Shown here: in pieces, positions 1 through 10,091 of the stretch | How positions within the stretch are numbered: the first letter of the stretch is position 1 | Layout of the letters: every line of letters begins with the position of its first letter | Source of the DNA: an uncultured Planctomycetia bacterium | Lineage (GTDB): Bacteria > Omnitrophota > Gorgyraeia > Tantalellales > Tantalellaceae | Direction: 5' to 3' | Length of the DNA: 64,000 nt | Assembly (NCBI GenBank): GCA_964409365.1 | Contig: CAYPCX010000009.1 | Span: 10,390 to 74,389, forward strand | Translations under genes and position numbers: made by a program | Notes under the pieces: model-generated | What the model was told of the DNA's origin: nothing | Seen by the model: the letters and a program-made list of their open reading frames with translations, nothing else | Database searches by the model: none

Positions 1-1
1 T

Positions 2-427
2 GAATGTGACGACTCTACTGCCAGGCTGGCCGAGGATACGGGAAGCGTTATAGCCGGAGAGGGAGCCGTGCTCGTCTCGGGCGGGCGAAGCGGCGTTATG
101 GAAGCCGCGTGCAAAGGAGCGAAAGCCGCGGGAGGGATCACCGTAGGTATAATACCCGGAGAGGACAAGAAAGAAGCCAACGATTTTGTCGATATAGTGA
201 TAGCTACGGGTATGGGTTATTCGCGTAATGCCCTTGTGGCCGGCACAGCCGATATAGTGGTAGCTTTTCCCGGCAAATACGGCACGCTCTCGGAAATAGC
301 TTTCGCCCTTAACTCGGGGAAAAAAGTATACGGGCTGGGGACCTGGGATATACCCGGGGTGGTTAAGCTCGGCTCGCCGGATGAATTGAAAAAAGTGATC
401 AGGGAAGGGATGCGATGCCTGTCTTGA
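2..427 (+). CDS. LOG-like / TIGR00725-type Rossmann-fold nucleotide-binding protein (5' partial)
   Basis: Frame is open from the window start; motifs SGGRSGVMEAACKGA, GGITVGIIPG, TGMGYSRNALV, GKYGTLSEIAFAL. Confidence 0.85.
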   Translation, partial: ECDDSTARLAEDTGSVIAGEGAVLVSGGRSGVMEAACKGAKAAGGITVGIIPGEDKKEANDFVDIVIATGMGYSRNALVAGTADIVVAFPGKYGTLSEIAFALNSGKKVYGLGTWDIPGVVKLGSPDELKKVIREGMRCLS

Positions 428-933
428 CGGATTTCGATATTAAACTTTTTTATGAGATCAATGTGGGTTGCAGCAACAAGGTGCTGGATATGATAATGCC
501 GTGGGTTACCGAGATCGGGGGAGGGATAGCGCTTTTTGCCCTGGGTTTCGTGCTTGTGCTCATCGGCAGAAAACACGCCAGGATAACGGGGATACTGCTT
601 CTGGCGGGTCTTACCATGTCCTATTATTTCGCGAAACTCATAAAAGAATTTGTCGCAAGGCCGCGTCCCTTTATGGTCCTGGATGACATGAAAATGCTCC
701 TTACCGCGGACGGTTACTCATTTGTGTCGCACCATGCGACGACGGTCTTTATGGCGGCCTATATTCTTTCGAAGACTTACGGGAAATGGTACATTTTTTA
801 CACGTTGGCCGCGATCGTCGCTTTCTCAAGAGTGTATCTGGGGGTCCATTATCCTTTTGACGTGCTTGCGGGCGCTTTTTTAGGGACGGTCATAGGGGCC
901 ATATTGTTCCGGGCAACGGGAGAGGTCCGGTAA
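415..933 (+). CDS. PAP2 family membrane phosphatase (undecaprenyl-PP phosphatase-like)
   Basis: K-x5-RPRP, YSFVSHHA, SRVYLGVHYPFDV motifs; hydrophobic helices. Confidence 0.9.
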   Translation: MPVLTDFDIKLFYEINVGCSNKVLDMIMPWVTEIGGGIALFALGFVLVLIGRKHARITGILLLAGLTMSYYFAKLIKEFVARPRPFMVLDDMKMLLTADGYSFVSHHATTVFMAAYILSKTYGKWYIFYTLAAIVAFSRVYLGVHYPFDVLAGAFLGTVIGAILFRATGEVR

Positions 934-952
934 AGCCCTGACAGGAGAGATC

Positions 953-1537
953 ATGATAGCTGTAGATGTCGTGTTGCTGCCTCCGCGGGAAGTGATGGAA
1001 AAGGCCATCGAGATAAACCGCCGCATCATAGACGCGGAGGGTAATGACATCGTTCTTGATATGGATAAATACATCCCCCATATTACCCTCGCTATGGGCT
1101 GTGTCGAGGAAAAAGACCTGGAAAGGGTGGACTTTATCCTGAATGACATAGCCACGAGTTTCCGTCCCGTCAGCATGAAGACAGTGCCTTCAAAAGGCGG
1201 CAAAGCGTGGATAAAGATCGACAAAACAAGAGATATCGAACTTCTGCACGAGATAGTGATGATAAGAATGCAGAAGTTCTTCAGCTACCGCGTGTCGACC
1301 GACATGATATGCCACGGCGAAAGGGAGGAGATAAACGACGTAACACGCGATTACATCAGGAAGTTCCCTACTGCTTCGAGTTTTGAGAACTACACTCCCC
1401 ATATTACCGTGGGTTCCGGGGAAACGGCCGTAGAAGTGGGATCTTTTGAGTTCACCTCGACCGAACTTGCCTTATGCCACCTTGGCAACTTCTGTACCTG
1501 CGGAAAGGTCCTCTTCTCGCACACGCTTTCAGGTTGA
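953..1537 (+). CDS. 2H phosphoesterase (2'-5' RNA ligase-like superfamily)
   Basis: Two HxT motifs, PHITL and PHITV; RBS AGGAG upstream. Confidence 0.75.
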   Translation: MIAVDVVLLPPREVMEKAIEINRRIIDAEGNDIVLDMDKYIPHITLAMGCVEEKDLERVDFILNDIATSFRPVSMKTVPSKGGKAWIKIDKTRDIELLHEIVMIRMQKFFSYRVSTDMICHGEREEINDVTRDYIRKFPTASSFENYTPHITVGSGETAVEVGSFEFTSTELALCHLGNFCTCGKVLFSHTLSG

Positions 1538-1647
1538 TCAGCTCAAATTCCAACCCCAGACCATCATAACAGCTTCAATTTAAAAAACTTATACAAGTGA
1601 TAATGTTTACATGATATATTAAGGTTTAAAATAGTTAGATTAACATA

Positions 1648-1676
1648 TTGAAAGCGTGGCGCATAAATGATATATT
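1648..1676 (+). promoter_or_regulatory. Putative sigma70 promoter of the large protein gene
   Basis: TTGAAA-17 bp-TATATT in an AT-rich intergenic region. Confidence 0.5.
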
Positions 1677-1732
1677 ACATCATATGTTAAGTAAAAAAAA
1701 AGATATATTTGGCGGCCAACATATATATAACT

Positions 1733-4700
1733 ATGCGTAAATTATCAGGCAAAAGAATTATCAAAGTGATCTCTTTCTTGCTGGCTATTCTAATGGTCTG
1801 GCAGGGTGTGGTATGGGCGGATCCTGATATTTTCCGGGCAAATAACCTGCAGGTCCACACGCTGAGAAAAGAGAGTGACTTTTTCGCGGTAGCCGCCGGT
1901 TATCTTTCGGCCTTCCTTATCGATCTGGAAACGAGGGATGATATCCATAAGAATATCTTCCCCATGGAAGAGGAGGTGCGAAGGGAGCTCGCGAGATTGC
2001 TGGAAAGTGATGATATTCCCAAAACCTACAAAAGAAACCCGCCCACGATAGAAAGAGGGCCCTTTGGGATCGGAGAGTTCGTGATAGATGCCGGTGTGTA
2101 CAAGATCAGGTATTATGCCCCGGGTATTATCCAGAAACGTTACTTTGATGCTGACCCGTCCGATCCGGGAGCGTCTTATGATGTCCGTGAAGACAGGTGG
2201 GTGGGTAAAGGCAGGTATCTTCGCCGGCAGGTTTTCATAAAACGCAGCCCCGAGTCAGAGACTGTCCCATCGGTGGGCAAGATATTGGAAGAAGCGCTCA
2301 GGAAGAGATTTATTTACGAGAGGGTTGGATACCTGCGTGGACTTTGTCCCGGATTGTCCCAGAGAAAACTTGCGGATGAAGCTCGAGTAGAAACTAATAC
2401 GATATCCGAGATCGAAAAAGGGCATACAAAACATCCTACTAAGGATATCCTTAGGCAGATCGCCTTTGTTCTGGCGTACAAACTGCATGTGGATATGGAT
2501 GATCTTTTGGAAAAAGTGTTCCTGGTGTCGCCGAGGCCGACCGTAGCGGGAACGCCGGAGGAGAGACTGGCCGAAGTAAAGGAATTACCCTCCTTGGGTG
2601 AACGGATAGAATACCTGCGGGAAGCCCGGGGATGGTTGTGGCAGAGAGAACTCGCGAGGGAGACCGGGCTATTGGTCAAAAATATACATCTGATCGAAAT
2701 AGGAAAAATAAATAATCTTTCCCCGAAGACAAGCAGTAGGCTGGCCGAGGCCCTGGCGCCCGCGCTTGATATCAGCCCGGAAGAGCTTATCTCAGAAGTG
2801 TTTTTGCTGTCTACCGGCCAGATCGCAAAGGGCAACGCGGGTACGCTTTACCGGGAGTTGCTGGCCCAGGCGGAAAAAGGAAAAGCGGGATCTATGAGGT
2901 TTTATAAAAGGTGGAGGTTGCGAAAGGCGGCCCGGAATCTGAAAAAAAGGATAGAAAGTTCCGAGATAGGATCCAGAGAAAAAGAAAGGATGGCCAAGGC
3001 GATCGACACGTTTTTACGGGCGGATATTCTTGAATTCAAGCCCATAGTGTTATCGGACGAAGGAGTGGATGTTGATGACCAATTGCGTCAGTGCGGCTGG
3101 TGGTTGTTGGGATTCAATACGATAGAGAGTGAAGCGATTCAGTCAGGAGAGCCCGTAAGCGCTTTGAACGCGCTTCTAAAGGAGAAATTCCCGAATACCG
3201 TGGGGCTGTCGACCAGGATGCTGGATCTTATTGGGTTCAACAGGTTTAACTATGATGAGCCTCTCCTTCAGGAATATCTGTTGCATGAGATCATCTGTCC
3301 CGTTTTTGGGCATGCAAGGTCAAGAAAGATACAGGAGAAAATATTTTTTGAAGATAATTATAAAGGTATTCTGGGCGTGACGAAAGACGGACACAAAGAC
3401 GGCGAGCTGACCCTGATCCTTGAACGTGTTATCAAGGAAGAACTGGGGAATTTTCCTAAGGAAGTGGAAAAGGTCTCTTTTGAAGAAGAACTGGACGAGT
3501 TCAAAAAGCTCGGTTTCAGGAATGATGGGCCGCGAAGGGCCGCGCAGATCTACCGTGCTTGGATGTTAAGACAGTCTCGTATTTGCAGGCTTGAAAGGGG
3601 AGAAGACGGGAAGTGTCCGGAAGAAGTAGACAGGCTATCCAGATATATGAATGCCAAAATGAACTGGCTGTTGCAAATGGAGACGGCATGGTCGATGGCG
3701 AAAGATTTTTTGGCCGCGAGAAGTAAATCAAAAGGAACAAGGAAAGGGAGAAGGGATATTTTGGAGACATTATGGGAAGATGAAGAAAGATCCCCGACAA
3801 AACGGCTCCGCGGACGACAAACCCTGAAAAATGCCGTACAGGTCCTTAGAGTGGCATACATCCACATTATGCAGAATCTTGCCGGGACGCTGGACGCGGA
3901 GGTCTTCGATCTTATAAAGGAAGACCCCTATATCGCGAAAGGGAAAAATTTACTGGAACGTATTACCGGTAAGGATATAGAAATCGAAGAAACTGAGGGA
4001 ACAAAAGAAGCAACGGCGACAGCAGGATTTTCAGATGAGGCAACAACCCCTGAAGCGGAAGCAAAGGATATATGGGTCGGCATGAGCTTCAGGGAAAAAT
4101 TAAAATTTGTCATAGGCCATGTAAACTGGAGATCGGTGGGTAAAACGTTCGCTCTCGCGTTTCTTCTTTGCGGGGCCTTTCACCTGGCAGTTCCTTTGCT
4201 GATACCTCAAGCCTATATCTGGATCTTTGACCTGGTCGCTTTCGGCGTTCCTTTCGGGCTCTTCATATATATAATCATGAAGCACTTTAGCTGGAAAGGT
4301 GTGTTCATCGCTGTAGGTCTTTCGATCTTGCTGTCAATGCTGCTTCCTATACGCTGGCTCGGTCTTTCACTGGCGATAGTTATCATGCACCGGATGTGGA
4401 AGCAGAAGGGGAAAGAGGCATATGAATCCCCCGCCGGGCTCTGGGGGAGTGAAAAGGTTTTGGCTGAAAAGGAAAAGGATGAGGATGAAGCCGATGCCGA
4501 GGAGACACATACTGAAAAAGATAGTAAGGCGCAAGAGAAGGTAAAGAAGAAAAAGATCTCACGGGGTTTTCAAGGTAGACACCCGGACATTTATATTACG
4601 GATGACATTTTGACATTGATAGACAGGATAACGAAGCTCAGGTTTCCCAGACCCCAAGAAGGAGGAGAGGATAAATATAAACGTGCTGCAAAACTGGATA

Positions 4701-7165
4701 CGCGAACAGTGCTTGATAACCTATTCAGATTGGAGATCTCATCTGATACGATTCCCGGCCCCGCGTTGATGAAAGAGCTGCGTCCGCGGGTCGAGGAACA
4801 GATGGAAAGACTCGAAAGCGGGTTTGATCCCGAGACTTTTGAATCTACCGATCACGATGTCCAGGAAGCTTTGAGATTTCTGGATGAATGGGACGGAAAA
4901 AAAGCCGAGGAAGAGACCGCGGAAGCCCTGCATGAGGTGTCACGGGAAGTATCGAAGAGGCTTTTACAGTCGTCTGTATGGGAAGAGGAAAACAAGAAAG
5001 AAAAACAAGCCGTTTTGGACCTTATCGTTGAGCGGGTATTGGAGAATGCGCTGGATAATCTCATGGGCATGGAAGAGGAAGAGGAGTGGGAAACGGAGGA
5101 AAAGAAAAAGCAGAAGAAAGAAGCAAGGGAAACAGAAAGAAAAAAAGTCAAGTCGATCTGGGAAGAGAAAATGGCAATAATAAAGTTGCGCATTAGGCTT
5201 ATTACTGCGAGAGAGGAGGTGGAGTCCAAAGAAAAAGATCCATTAAAATCTCCGAGCGCAGGTGATTATTATTTTCTGGGCCGTAATGAATTTTTCTTTG
5301 AGGATCCTTGGAAGCCGAAGGCATCATCCCGGGAAAGGGCGTCTGAGAGCACATTTAAAAATGCGTTATTGAAAACACCGAACGCTGCCCCGTTGAAGAA
5401 AGATTATTATTTGACCTTTGGGGTGGTAAAGCATGTTTATGAGAAATGGAATGAAGCAAAAACAGCTTATGAGTCATGTCTGCGCGAGTTCGGCTTTGAT
5501 CCCGAGGAACTGGATAGCCTCGAAGTGGCGTTAGCCAGATTCCCATGGTGGGATGGCAGGTTGGGAGAGGGGTTAAGGTTATTCTACGAGTTAAGTGCTT
5601 TTCAAATGACGCTGAACAGGTCTCCGAAAGTGGTTAAAAATCTGGGTAAACTGGGCGAATTTAAAAAAGCTGGTAAAAAAGAGGACCTGTTAAAAATAGC
5701 CCTGACTGTGCTTCTTCTGGGAAAAAGTAAACAGAAGATCCCCATCGGCGGAGAAGAAGAGTCGGAAAATGACGGAGCGCCTTCGCCCCAGCGGGGTATC
5801 GGGGCGCTCGCGCGGGAAGACGGCCCCATACCCGACCACAGGCTCGTGAACGCACTTGTTAAGGTGCTTTTTGAAAAAGGCCTTTTTGAGACACAAGAGG
5901 AGGATGTATACCTTTTCGGGGACGATACGTCCGGGAATTTCGGGGATCTTTATAATGACTGTCTGGACGAAAACGGGCAGAGGAAGGTGAGGGATATTTT
6001 CGGGGACGAGTTTCAGAAAGATACGGGTATTCGCCTGACCGATACCCGGGTGCTGCTGGAAGTAGGGAAACTTCGGAATATCGAGGGACATACCGGTGTG
6101 GAGAATGGGATGATCTATATATGCAAGGGCTGGAAATGGGAATTGGATAGATTTGTGGAGCATGAAAGAGCGGCACTCAGTGAGCATCGGGAAAAAGCGC
6201 TGGAAATATACAATGAAGAGGGACATTCTTATGAAACCTGGAAAGACATCCCTGAAAGTGAGCGGGCCGATGCGGCTAATGCCTTCAGAAAGTGGCGAAA
6301 AGAAAAGACCGAAGAGTATAACCGTTTTGCCGGAGAAGTCCATGAAAACGCCCCACTGGTTCGTGTGGCGGATGAACGCGCATCGGCGCAAAAGACCCTT
6401 CCCGAACTTTTTGATTACCGGAGGATCAGGGGAAACGCGGAGTTACAGATAAAGCTTCTTGTGCAGGCCATGATCGAATGGGCGGAGAAAAATAAGACTA
6501 GGGGCAAAGATGATGATAGGCCTTGCGTTCTCGCGTTAGACCTGGAACTTACGGAGGGTCAGATAAAAGGCCTTTATGATAAGCTTTACGAAGCGCTGGG
6601 GCAGCTTCCCCACAACAATGAAGAACTGGAAGTTTTTCTTGATAATCTCAGCATAGTCAGCGGGAAGGGTCCTTCTTTAGCTGAAAGACTTCATAATATC
6701 AGTACTCTGGGGCAAGGCCGGGTGAGTCCGGAAAATATTATCGTCATAACGCCAAGTCCGAATATGGAACATTTTGACGGCATTAAGGACGGGAACAAAA
6801 AAGCCACGGTCGTGGGAATACACGCCAGAGGAGCCCCGGAAACCGAGTATGGATTCCCGGTGAACGAGACATATTTGCCGCTACCGGACATTATGCTTTT
6901 AGCGATAGCAAGGCACTTAGGTAAGAAAAGAGAACATCTGCTGTGTCTTTTAGTAAGGACGCCCGGGGCGTTAAGGGCCGATCAATTGGAAAGATTCAGA
7001 GAAGGCACATTGGACCCGGAAGAGATATACAGGGAGCATAAAGGCATATTTTCGAATGATCCCGGCAGCTTCATCATCGAGCTCATCCCGGACGCGATAA
7101 AGGTCGATCCGGGTGAAAGAACTGAATTGATAGAAAGAACGAATTATCTATTGGCCCAGGCGTAA
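1733..7165 (+). CDS. Large (~1810 aa) multidomain protein: signal peptide, two XRE-type HTH domains, TM block, charged helical region, unknown C-terminal domain
   Basis: Uninterrupted ORF (alternative TTG start 1709); N-terminus MRK...FLLAILMVWQGVVWA; HTH-like LSQRKLADEARVETNTISEIEKG and WQRELARETGLLVKNIHLIEIG; hydrophobic block ~4140-4390. Confidence 0.8.
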   Translation: MRKLSGKRIIKVISFLLAILMVWQGVVWADPDIFRANNLQVHTLRKESDFFAVAAGYLSAFLIDLETRDDIHKNIFPMEEEVRRELARLLESDDIPKTYKRNPPTIERGPFGIGEFVIDAGVYKIRYYAPGIIQKRYFDADPSDPGASYDVREDRWVGKGRYLRRQVFIKRSPESETVPSVGKILEEALRKRFIYERVGYLRGLCPGLSQRKLADEARVETNTISEIEKGHTKHPTKDILRQIAFVLAYKLHVDMDDLLEKVFLVSPRPTVAGTPEERLAEVKELPSLGERIEYLREARGWLWQRELARETGLLVKNIHLIEIGKINNLSPKTSSRLAEALAPALDISPEELISEVFLLSTGQIAKGNAGTLYRELLAQAEKGKAGSMRFYKRWRLRKAARNLKKRIESSEIGSREKERMAKAIDTFLRADILEFKPIVLSDEGVDVDDQLRQCGWWLLGFNTIESEAIQSGEPVSALNALLKEKFPNTVGLSTRMLDLIGFNRFNYDEPLLQEYLLHEIICPVFGHARSRKIQEKIFFEDNYKGILGVTKDGHKDGELTLILERVIKEELGNFPKEVEKVSFEEELDEFKKLGFRNDGPRRAAQIYRAWMLRQSRICRLERGEDGKCPEEVDRLSRYMNAKMNWLLQMETAWSMAKDFLAARSKSKGTRKGRRDILETLWEDEERSPTKRLRGRQTLKNAVQVLRVAYIHIMQNLAGTLDAEVFDLIKEDPYIAKGKNLLERITGKDIEIEETEGTKEATATAGFSDEATTPEAEAKDIWVGMSFREKLKFVIGHVNWRSVGKTFALAFLLCGAFHLAVPLLIPQAYIWIFDLVAFGVPFGLFIYIIMKHFSWKGVFIAVGLSILLSMLLPIRWLGLSLAIVIMHRMWKQKGKEAYESPAGLWGSEKVLAEKEKDEDEADAEETHTEKDSKAQEKVKKKKISRGFQGRHPDIYITDDILTLIDRITKLRFPRPQEGGEDKYKRAAKLDTRTVLDNLFRLEISSDTIPGPALMKELRPRVEEQMERLESGFDPETFESTDHDVQEALRFLDEWDGKKAEEETAEALHEVSREVSKRLLQSSVWEEENKKEKQAVLDLIVERVLENALDNLMGMEEEEEWETEEKKKQKKEARETERKKVKSIWEEKMAIIKLRIRLITAREEVESKEKDPLKSPSAGDYYFLGRNEFFFEDPWKPKASSRERASESTFKNALLKTPNAAPLKKDYYLTFGVVKHVYEKWNEAKTAYESCLREFGFDPEELDSLEVALARFPWWDGRLGEGLRLFYELSAFQMTLNRSPKVVKNLGKLGEFKKAGKKEDLLKIALTVLLLGKSKQKIPIGGEEESENDGAPSPQRGIGALAREDGPIPDHRLVNALVKVLFEKGLFETQEEDVYLFGDDTSGNFGDLYNDCLDENGQRKVRDIFGDEFQKDTGIRLTDTRVLLEVGKLRNIEGHTGVENGMIYICKGWKWELDRFVEHERAALSEHREKALEIYNEEGHSYETWKDIPESERADAANAFRKWRKEKTEEYNRFAGEVHENAPLVRVADERASAQKTLPELFDYRRIRGNAELQIKLLVQAMIEWAEKNKTRGKDDDRPCVLALDLELTEGQIKGLYDKLYEALGQLPHNNEELEVFLDNLSIVSGKGPSLAERLHNISTLGQGRVSPENIIVITPSPNMEHFDGIKDGNKKATVVGIHARGAPETEYGFPVNETYLPLPDIMLLAIARHLGKKREHLLCLLVRTPGALRADQLERFREGTLDPEEIYREHKGIFSNDPGSFIIELIPDAIKVDPGERTELIERTNYLLAQA

Positions 7166-7171
7166 CCTTAT

Positions 7172-7206
7172 TTACACATCGGGTGTGTTACACACCCGAT
7201 GTGTAA
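7172..7206. repeat. Perfect 17-bp inverted repeat (REP-like or bidirectional terminator) at a convergent gene junction
   Basis: TTACACATCGGGTGTGT-T-ACACACCCGATGTGTAA, overlapping the last codons of pabB. Confidence 0.75.
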
Positions 7207-8611
7207 GGGCGGTCATGAGGGCTTGGGCTTTGTGCAGGGTTTCCTGGTATTCCGCTTCCGGGTCAGAGTCGGCGACTATACCGCCCCCGGCTTGGAAGTA
7301 CACGTCTTTTCCCTTCATTATCATTGTCCGGATGGCTATATTGAGTTCCATCGTGTCATGGAAGCTTATGTAACCGATCGCTCCCGTGTAAACATTCCGT
7401 TTTGAGGGTTCCAGCTCGTCGATTATCTCCATCGCGCGTATCTTGGGACATCCGGTGATGGACCCTCCCGGAAAAGCGGCTTTTACGATATCGATGAGGC
7501 TCGCGCCGGCGTCCGCTTCTCCCTTTACAACGGATATCGTCTGGTGGACGGTGGGGTAAGTCTCGAGGCGTTTATGCTGGATGACCTTGACTGAGCCCGG
7601 TATGGCGACTTTACCCAGGTCGTTCCTTTCCAGGTCCACTATCATGGCAAGTTCCGAGGCGTCTTTCGGGTCGTTCTTGAGGTCATCCTTAAGTTTTTTG
7701 TCCTCTTTAGCGTTCTTCCCCCTGGGGCGGGTACCTTTCATCGGCCGGGTCTCTATCATTCTGTCCGAGACCTTCAGAAAAAGTTCGGGCGATGAAGATA
7801 TTATTTTCGCACCTTCAAAATTCAGATAAGCGCTGAAAGGCGCGGGGTTTATCTCATTCAGCCTCAGGTAGAGTTCATAGGCCCCGTAAGGCCACTTTGT
7901 CTTGAATCTCTGTGACAGGCACGCCTGGTAGATATCGCCCGCGCGGATGTAATCTATGGTCTTCTTTACGGCTTTGACATAACCGGGTCTGGTGAAATTT
8001 GACTCGGGGAAGGGCTTGAAGTTTTTCTTTCCGGCCTTTGGAGGCCGGCCTTCCGGAAGAGGGGAACTTATCATTCTTTTTATCCGATCTATGAGTTTTT
8101 TTGCTTCTTCACGGCCCGCGGTCTCGGGTCCGATGACGCTTATTTTAACGCGGCCGGGGTCCTGGCGGTCATGGATGAGTATAGCCCGGTAAAAGACGAA
8201 ATATAGGTCGGGGAGCAAGAGGTCGTCTTCGGCTTTTTGCGGCAGCTTTTCCAGGACGTCCTTAAGGTCGTAGGAGAGGTATCCGATGCCGCCGGAAGTG
8301 AAAGGCAGGGAAAATAGCTTTTTCATCCTGTAAGTCCTGATGACCGAGTCAAGGTATTCAAAGGGGTCGCCTTTAAAGCGGAGCCGGTGACCGTCGAACC
8401 TGATATTTATGTTCTTGCCTTTAGAGGTCAGAACAAGGAAGGGCTCTATGCCTATGAAGGAAAATCTCGCAACATCGGTTTCCATGGAGCTGTTCAAGAA
8501 GGAAGCTTCCGGAGAGTTTTCGAAATGCCTGAACAGTTCTTCCGGCGGCGAGTTAAGTTCCGCCGTTTCGATAAAGGGTTCGGATCCGATCTTAGGGAGA
8601 CACTTTTCCAT
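7172..8611 (-). CDS. pabB: Aminodeoxychorismate synthase component I
   Basis: Chorismate-binding motifs SSSPELFL, TRPMKGTRPRG, MIVDLERNDLG, FPGGSITGCPKIRAMEII; PAPFSAY; adjacent glutamine amidotransferase. Confidence 0.85.
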   Translation of the reverse strand: MEKCLPKIGSEPFIETAELNSPPEELFRHFENSPEASFLNSSMETDVARFSFIGIEPFLVLTSKGKNINIRFDGHRLRFKGDPFEYLDSVIRTYRMKKLFSLPFTSGGIGYLSYDLKDVLEKLPQKAEDDLLLPDLYFVFYRAILIHDRQDPGRVKISVIGPETAGREEAKKLIDRIKRMISSPLPEGRPPKAGKKNFKPFPESNFTRPGYVKAVKKTIDYIRAGDIYQACLSQRFKTKWPYGAYELYLRLNEINPAPFSAYLNFEGAKIISSSPELFLKVSDRMIETRPMKGTRPRGKNAKEDKKLKDDLKNDPKDASELAMIVDLERNDLGKVAIPGSVKVIQHKRLETYPTVHQTISVVKGEADAGASLIDIVKAAFPGGSITGCPKIRAMEIIDELEPSKRNVYTGAIGYISFHDTMELNIAIRTMIMKGKDVYFQAGGGIVADSDPEAEYQETLHKAQALMTALTHRVCNTPDV

Positions 8612-8612
8612 T

Positions 8613-9170
8613 TTACATCTTTATAAAGTTGCGAATTATCCTCTTGCCGTTTTCCGTGAGGAACGATTCCGGATGGAATTGGAGGCCTATTATGGGCCAT
8701 TTCTTATGCTGTACTCCCATAACGAGGTTCTTTTTCGTCCATGCCGTGGTTTCCAGGCAGATGGGGATGTCGACCGCTTCAAGGGAATGGTACCTTGCGG
8801 CGGGAAAGGGAGAGGGGAGCCCCTTTAAGATGCCATTGCCGTTATGATATACGGGCGATGTGCTCCCGTGGACGATCTTATTCACCTGGACGATCTTACC
8901 GCCGAATACTTTCGCTATGCACTGGTGACCGAGGCAGATCCCCAGTATAGGGGTGTCGGGACCGAACCTCTTTATGATATCGTTCGAGATACCGGCCTCG
9001 TCCGGTGTCTTAGGTCCCGGGGAGATCACTATTTTTCGGGGCTTGAGGTCACGGATCTCTTTCAGTGTTATGCCGTCGTTCCTTTTTACGAGCAGGCTCA
9101 CGCCCTGTTCGGCGAAGGCCTGATACAGGTTGTAAGTGAACGAGTCGTAGTTGTCGATGAGTAAATACAT
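8613..9170 (-). CDS. pabA: Glutamine amidotransferase component II (PabA/TrpG)
   Basis: LIDNYDSFTYNL, ISPGP, GICLGHQ, QFHPES. Confidence 0.9.
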   Translation of the reverse strand: MYLLIDNYDSFTYNLYQAFAEQGVSLLVKRNDGITLKEIRDLKPRKIVISPGPKTPDEAGISNDIIKRFGPDTPILGICLGHQCIAKVFGGKIVQVNKIVHGSTSPVYHNGNGILKGLPSPFPAARYHSLEAVDIPICLETTAWTKKNLVMGVQHKKWPIIGLQFHPESFLTENGKRIIRNFIKM

Positions 9171-9182
9171 GTTAAGAATATA

Positions 9183-9237
9183 TTCTGGGGACATGTCTGG
9201 TCGTTTACATGGTGTTTACACAGACGTGTCCCCAGAA
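9183..9237. repeat. REP-like inverted repeat, 16/17 match (GGGGACA...TGTCCCC type)
   Basis: TTCTGGGGACATGTCTG-21 nt-CAGACGTGTCCCCAGAA between ispH and pabA. Confidence 0.65.
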
Positions 9238-9239
9238 CC

Positions 9240-10091
9240 TCAGTTTTGTTTTTTGCTGATTTTCCGCAATTTTCTCACGATTTCCTTAGTGATATAGTCC
9301 GGGGTCGAGGCGCCCGCCATTATGCCGGCCTTTTTGGTGCCTTTGAACCAGGCCTTTTTCAGGTCTTTGGCCGATTCTATCCAGTGGGTATTCCTGTTCA
9401 TGCCCCTGGATATCTGGTACAGGCGTTTCGTGTTCGCGCTTGTCTTTGAACCGACTATAAGCACTATATCGTTCTTCCCGGGCAGCGATCTTATCTCCTG
9501 CTGTTTGACCCGGGTGGTCCGGCAGGTGGTGTCGTACAGTTTTACCTTTGGTATGATCTTTTTCAAGCGTTCCATGATCCCCCGGATGTTGTCCGAGCTC
9601 TGTGTCGATTGTGTTATAACAGCGGCCTTTTTGATACGCGCCAATCTTTTTACAGGTATCCTCTTCGAAGATTCAATGGTTATAGGTCTGGTCTTAAGCT
9701 GGCCGGCGATACCTTTTACTTCGTCATGGTTGATGTCGCCGATTATGATCATCTTGTTGTTTTTCTCGAGCCGTTTGGCTATTTTGTAAATGTCTTTCAC
9801 TTTGGGGCAGGTAGCGTCGACCACCTTATATCCGCATTTTTTTGCCTTATCGAAAACGCTTTTCGGGGCCCCGTGCGCTCTTATGAGGAGTGTCGAGCCT
9901 TTGTCCCGGGCCGTCAGGTTCTTTATCTTTTTTACGCCTTTTTCCGAAAGCTCCCTGACTACGAAGGTGTTATGGACGATATCCCCGAGCACGTAGACGT
10001 TATTTTTGCTTCCGGCCAGGTCCTTGCTTATGTTTATCGCGCGCCTGACACCGAAACAGAAACCCGAACTTTTAGCGATATTTATTTTCAT
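9240..10091 (-). CDS. ispH: 4-hydroxy-3-methylbut-2-enyl diphosphate reductase
   Basis: GFCFGVRRA, IVHN, RAHG, DATCPKV, TTCRTT, SANTKRL, AGASTPD. Confidence 0.95.
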   Translation of the reverse strand: MKINIAKSSGFCFGVRRAINISKDLAGSKNNVYVLGDIVHNTFVVRELSEKGVKKIKNLTARDKGSTLLIRAHGAPKSVFDKAKKCGYKVVDATCPKVKDIYKIAKRLEKNNKMIIIGDINHDEVKGIAGQLKTRPITIESSKRIPVKRLARIKKAAVITQSTQSSDNIRGIMERLKKIIPKVKLYDTTCRTTRVKQQEIRSLPGKNDIVLIVGSKTSANTKRLYQISRGMNRNTHWIESAKDLKKAWFKGTKKAGIMAGASTPDYITKEIVRKLRKISKKQN

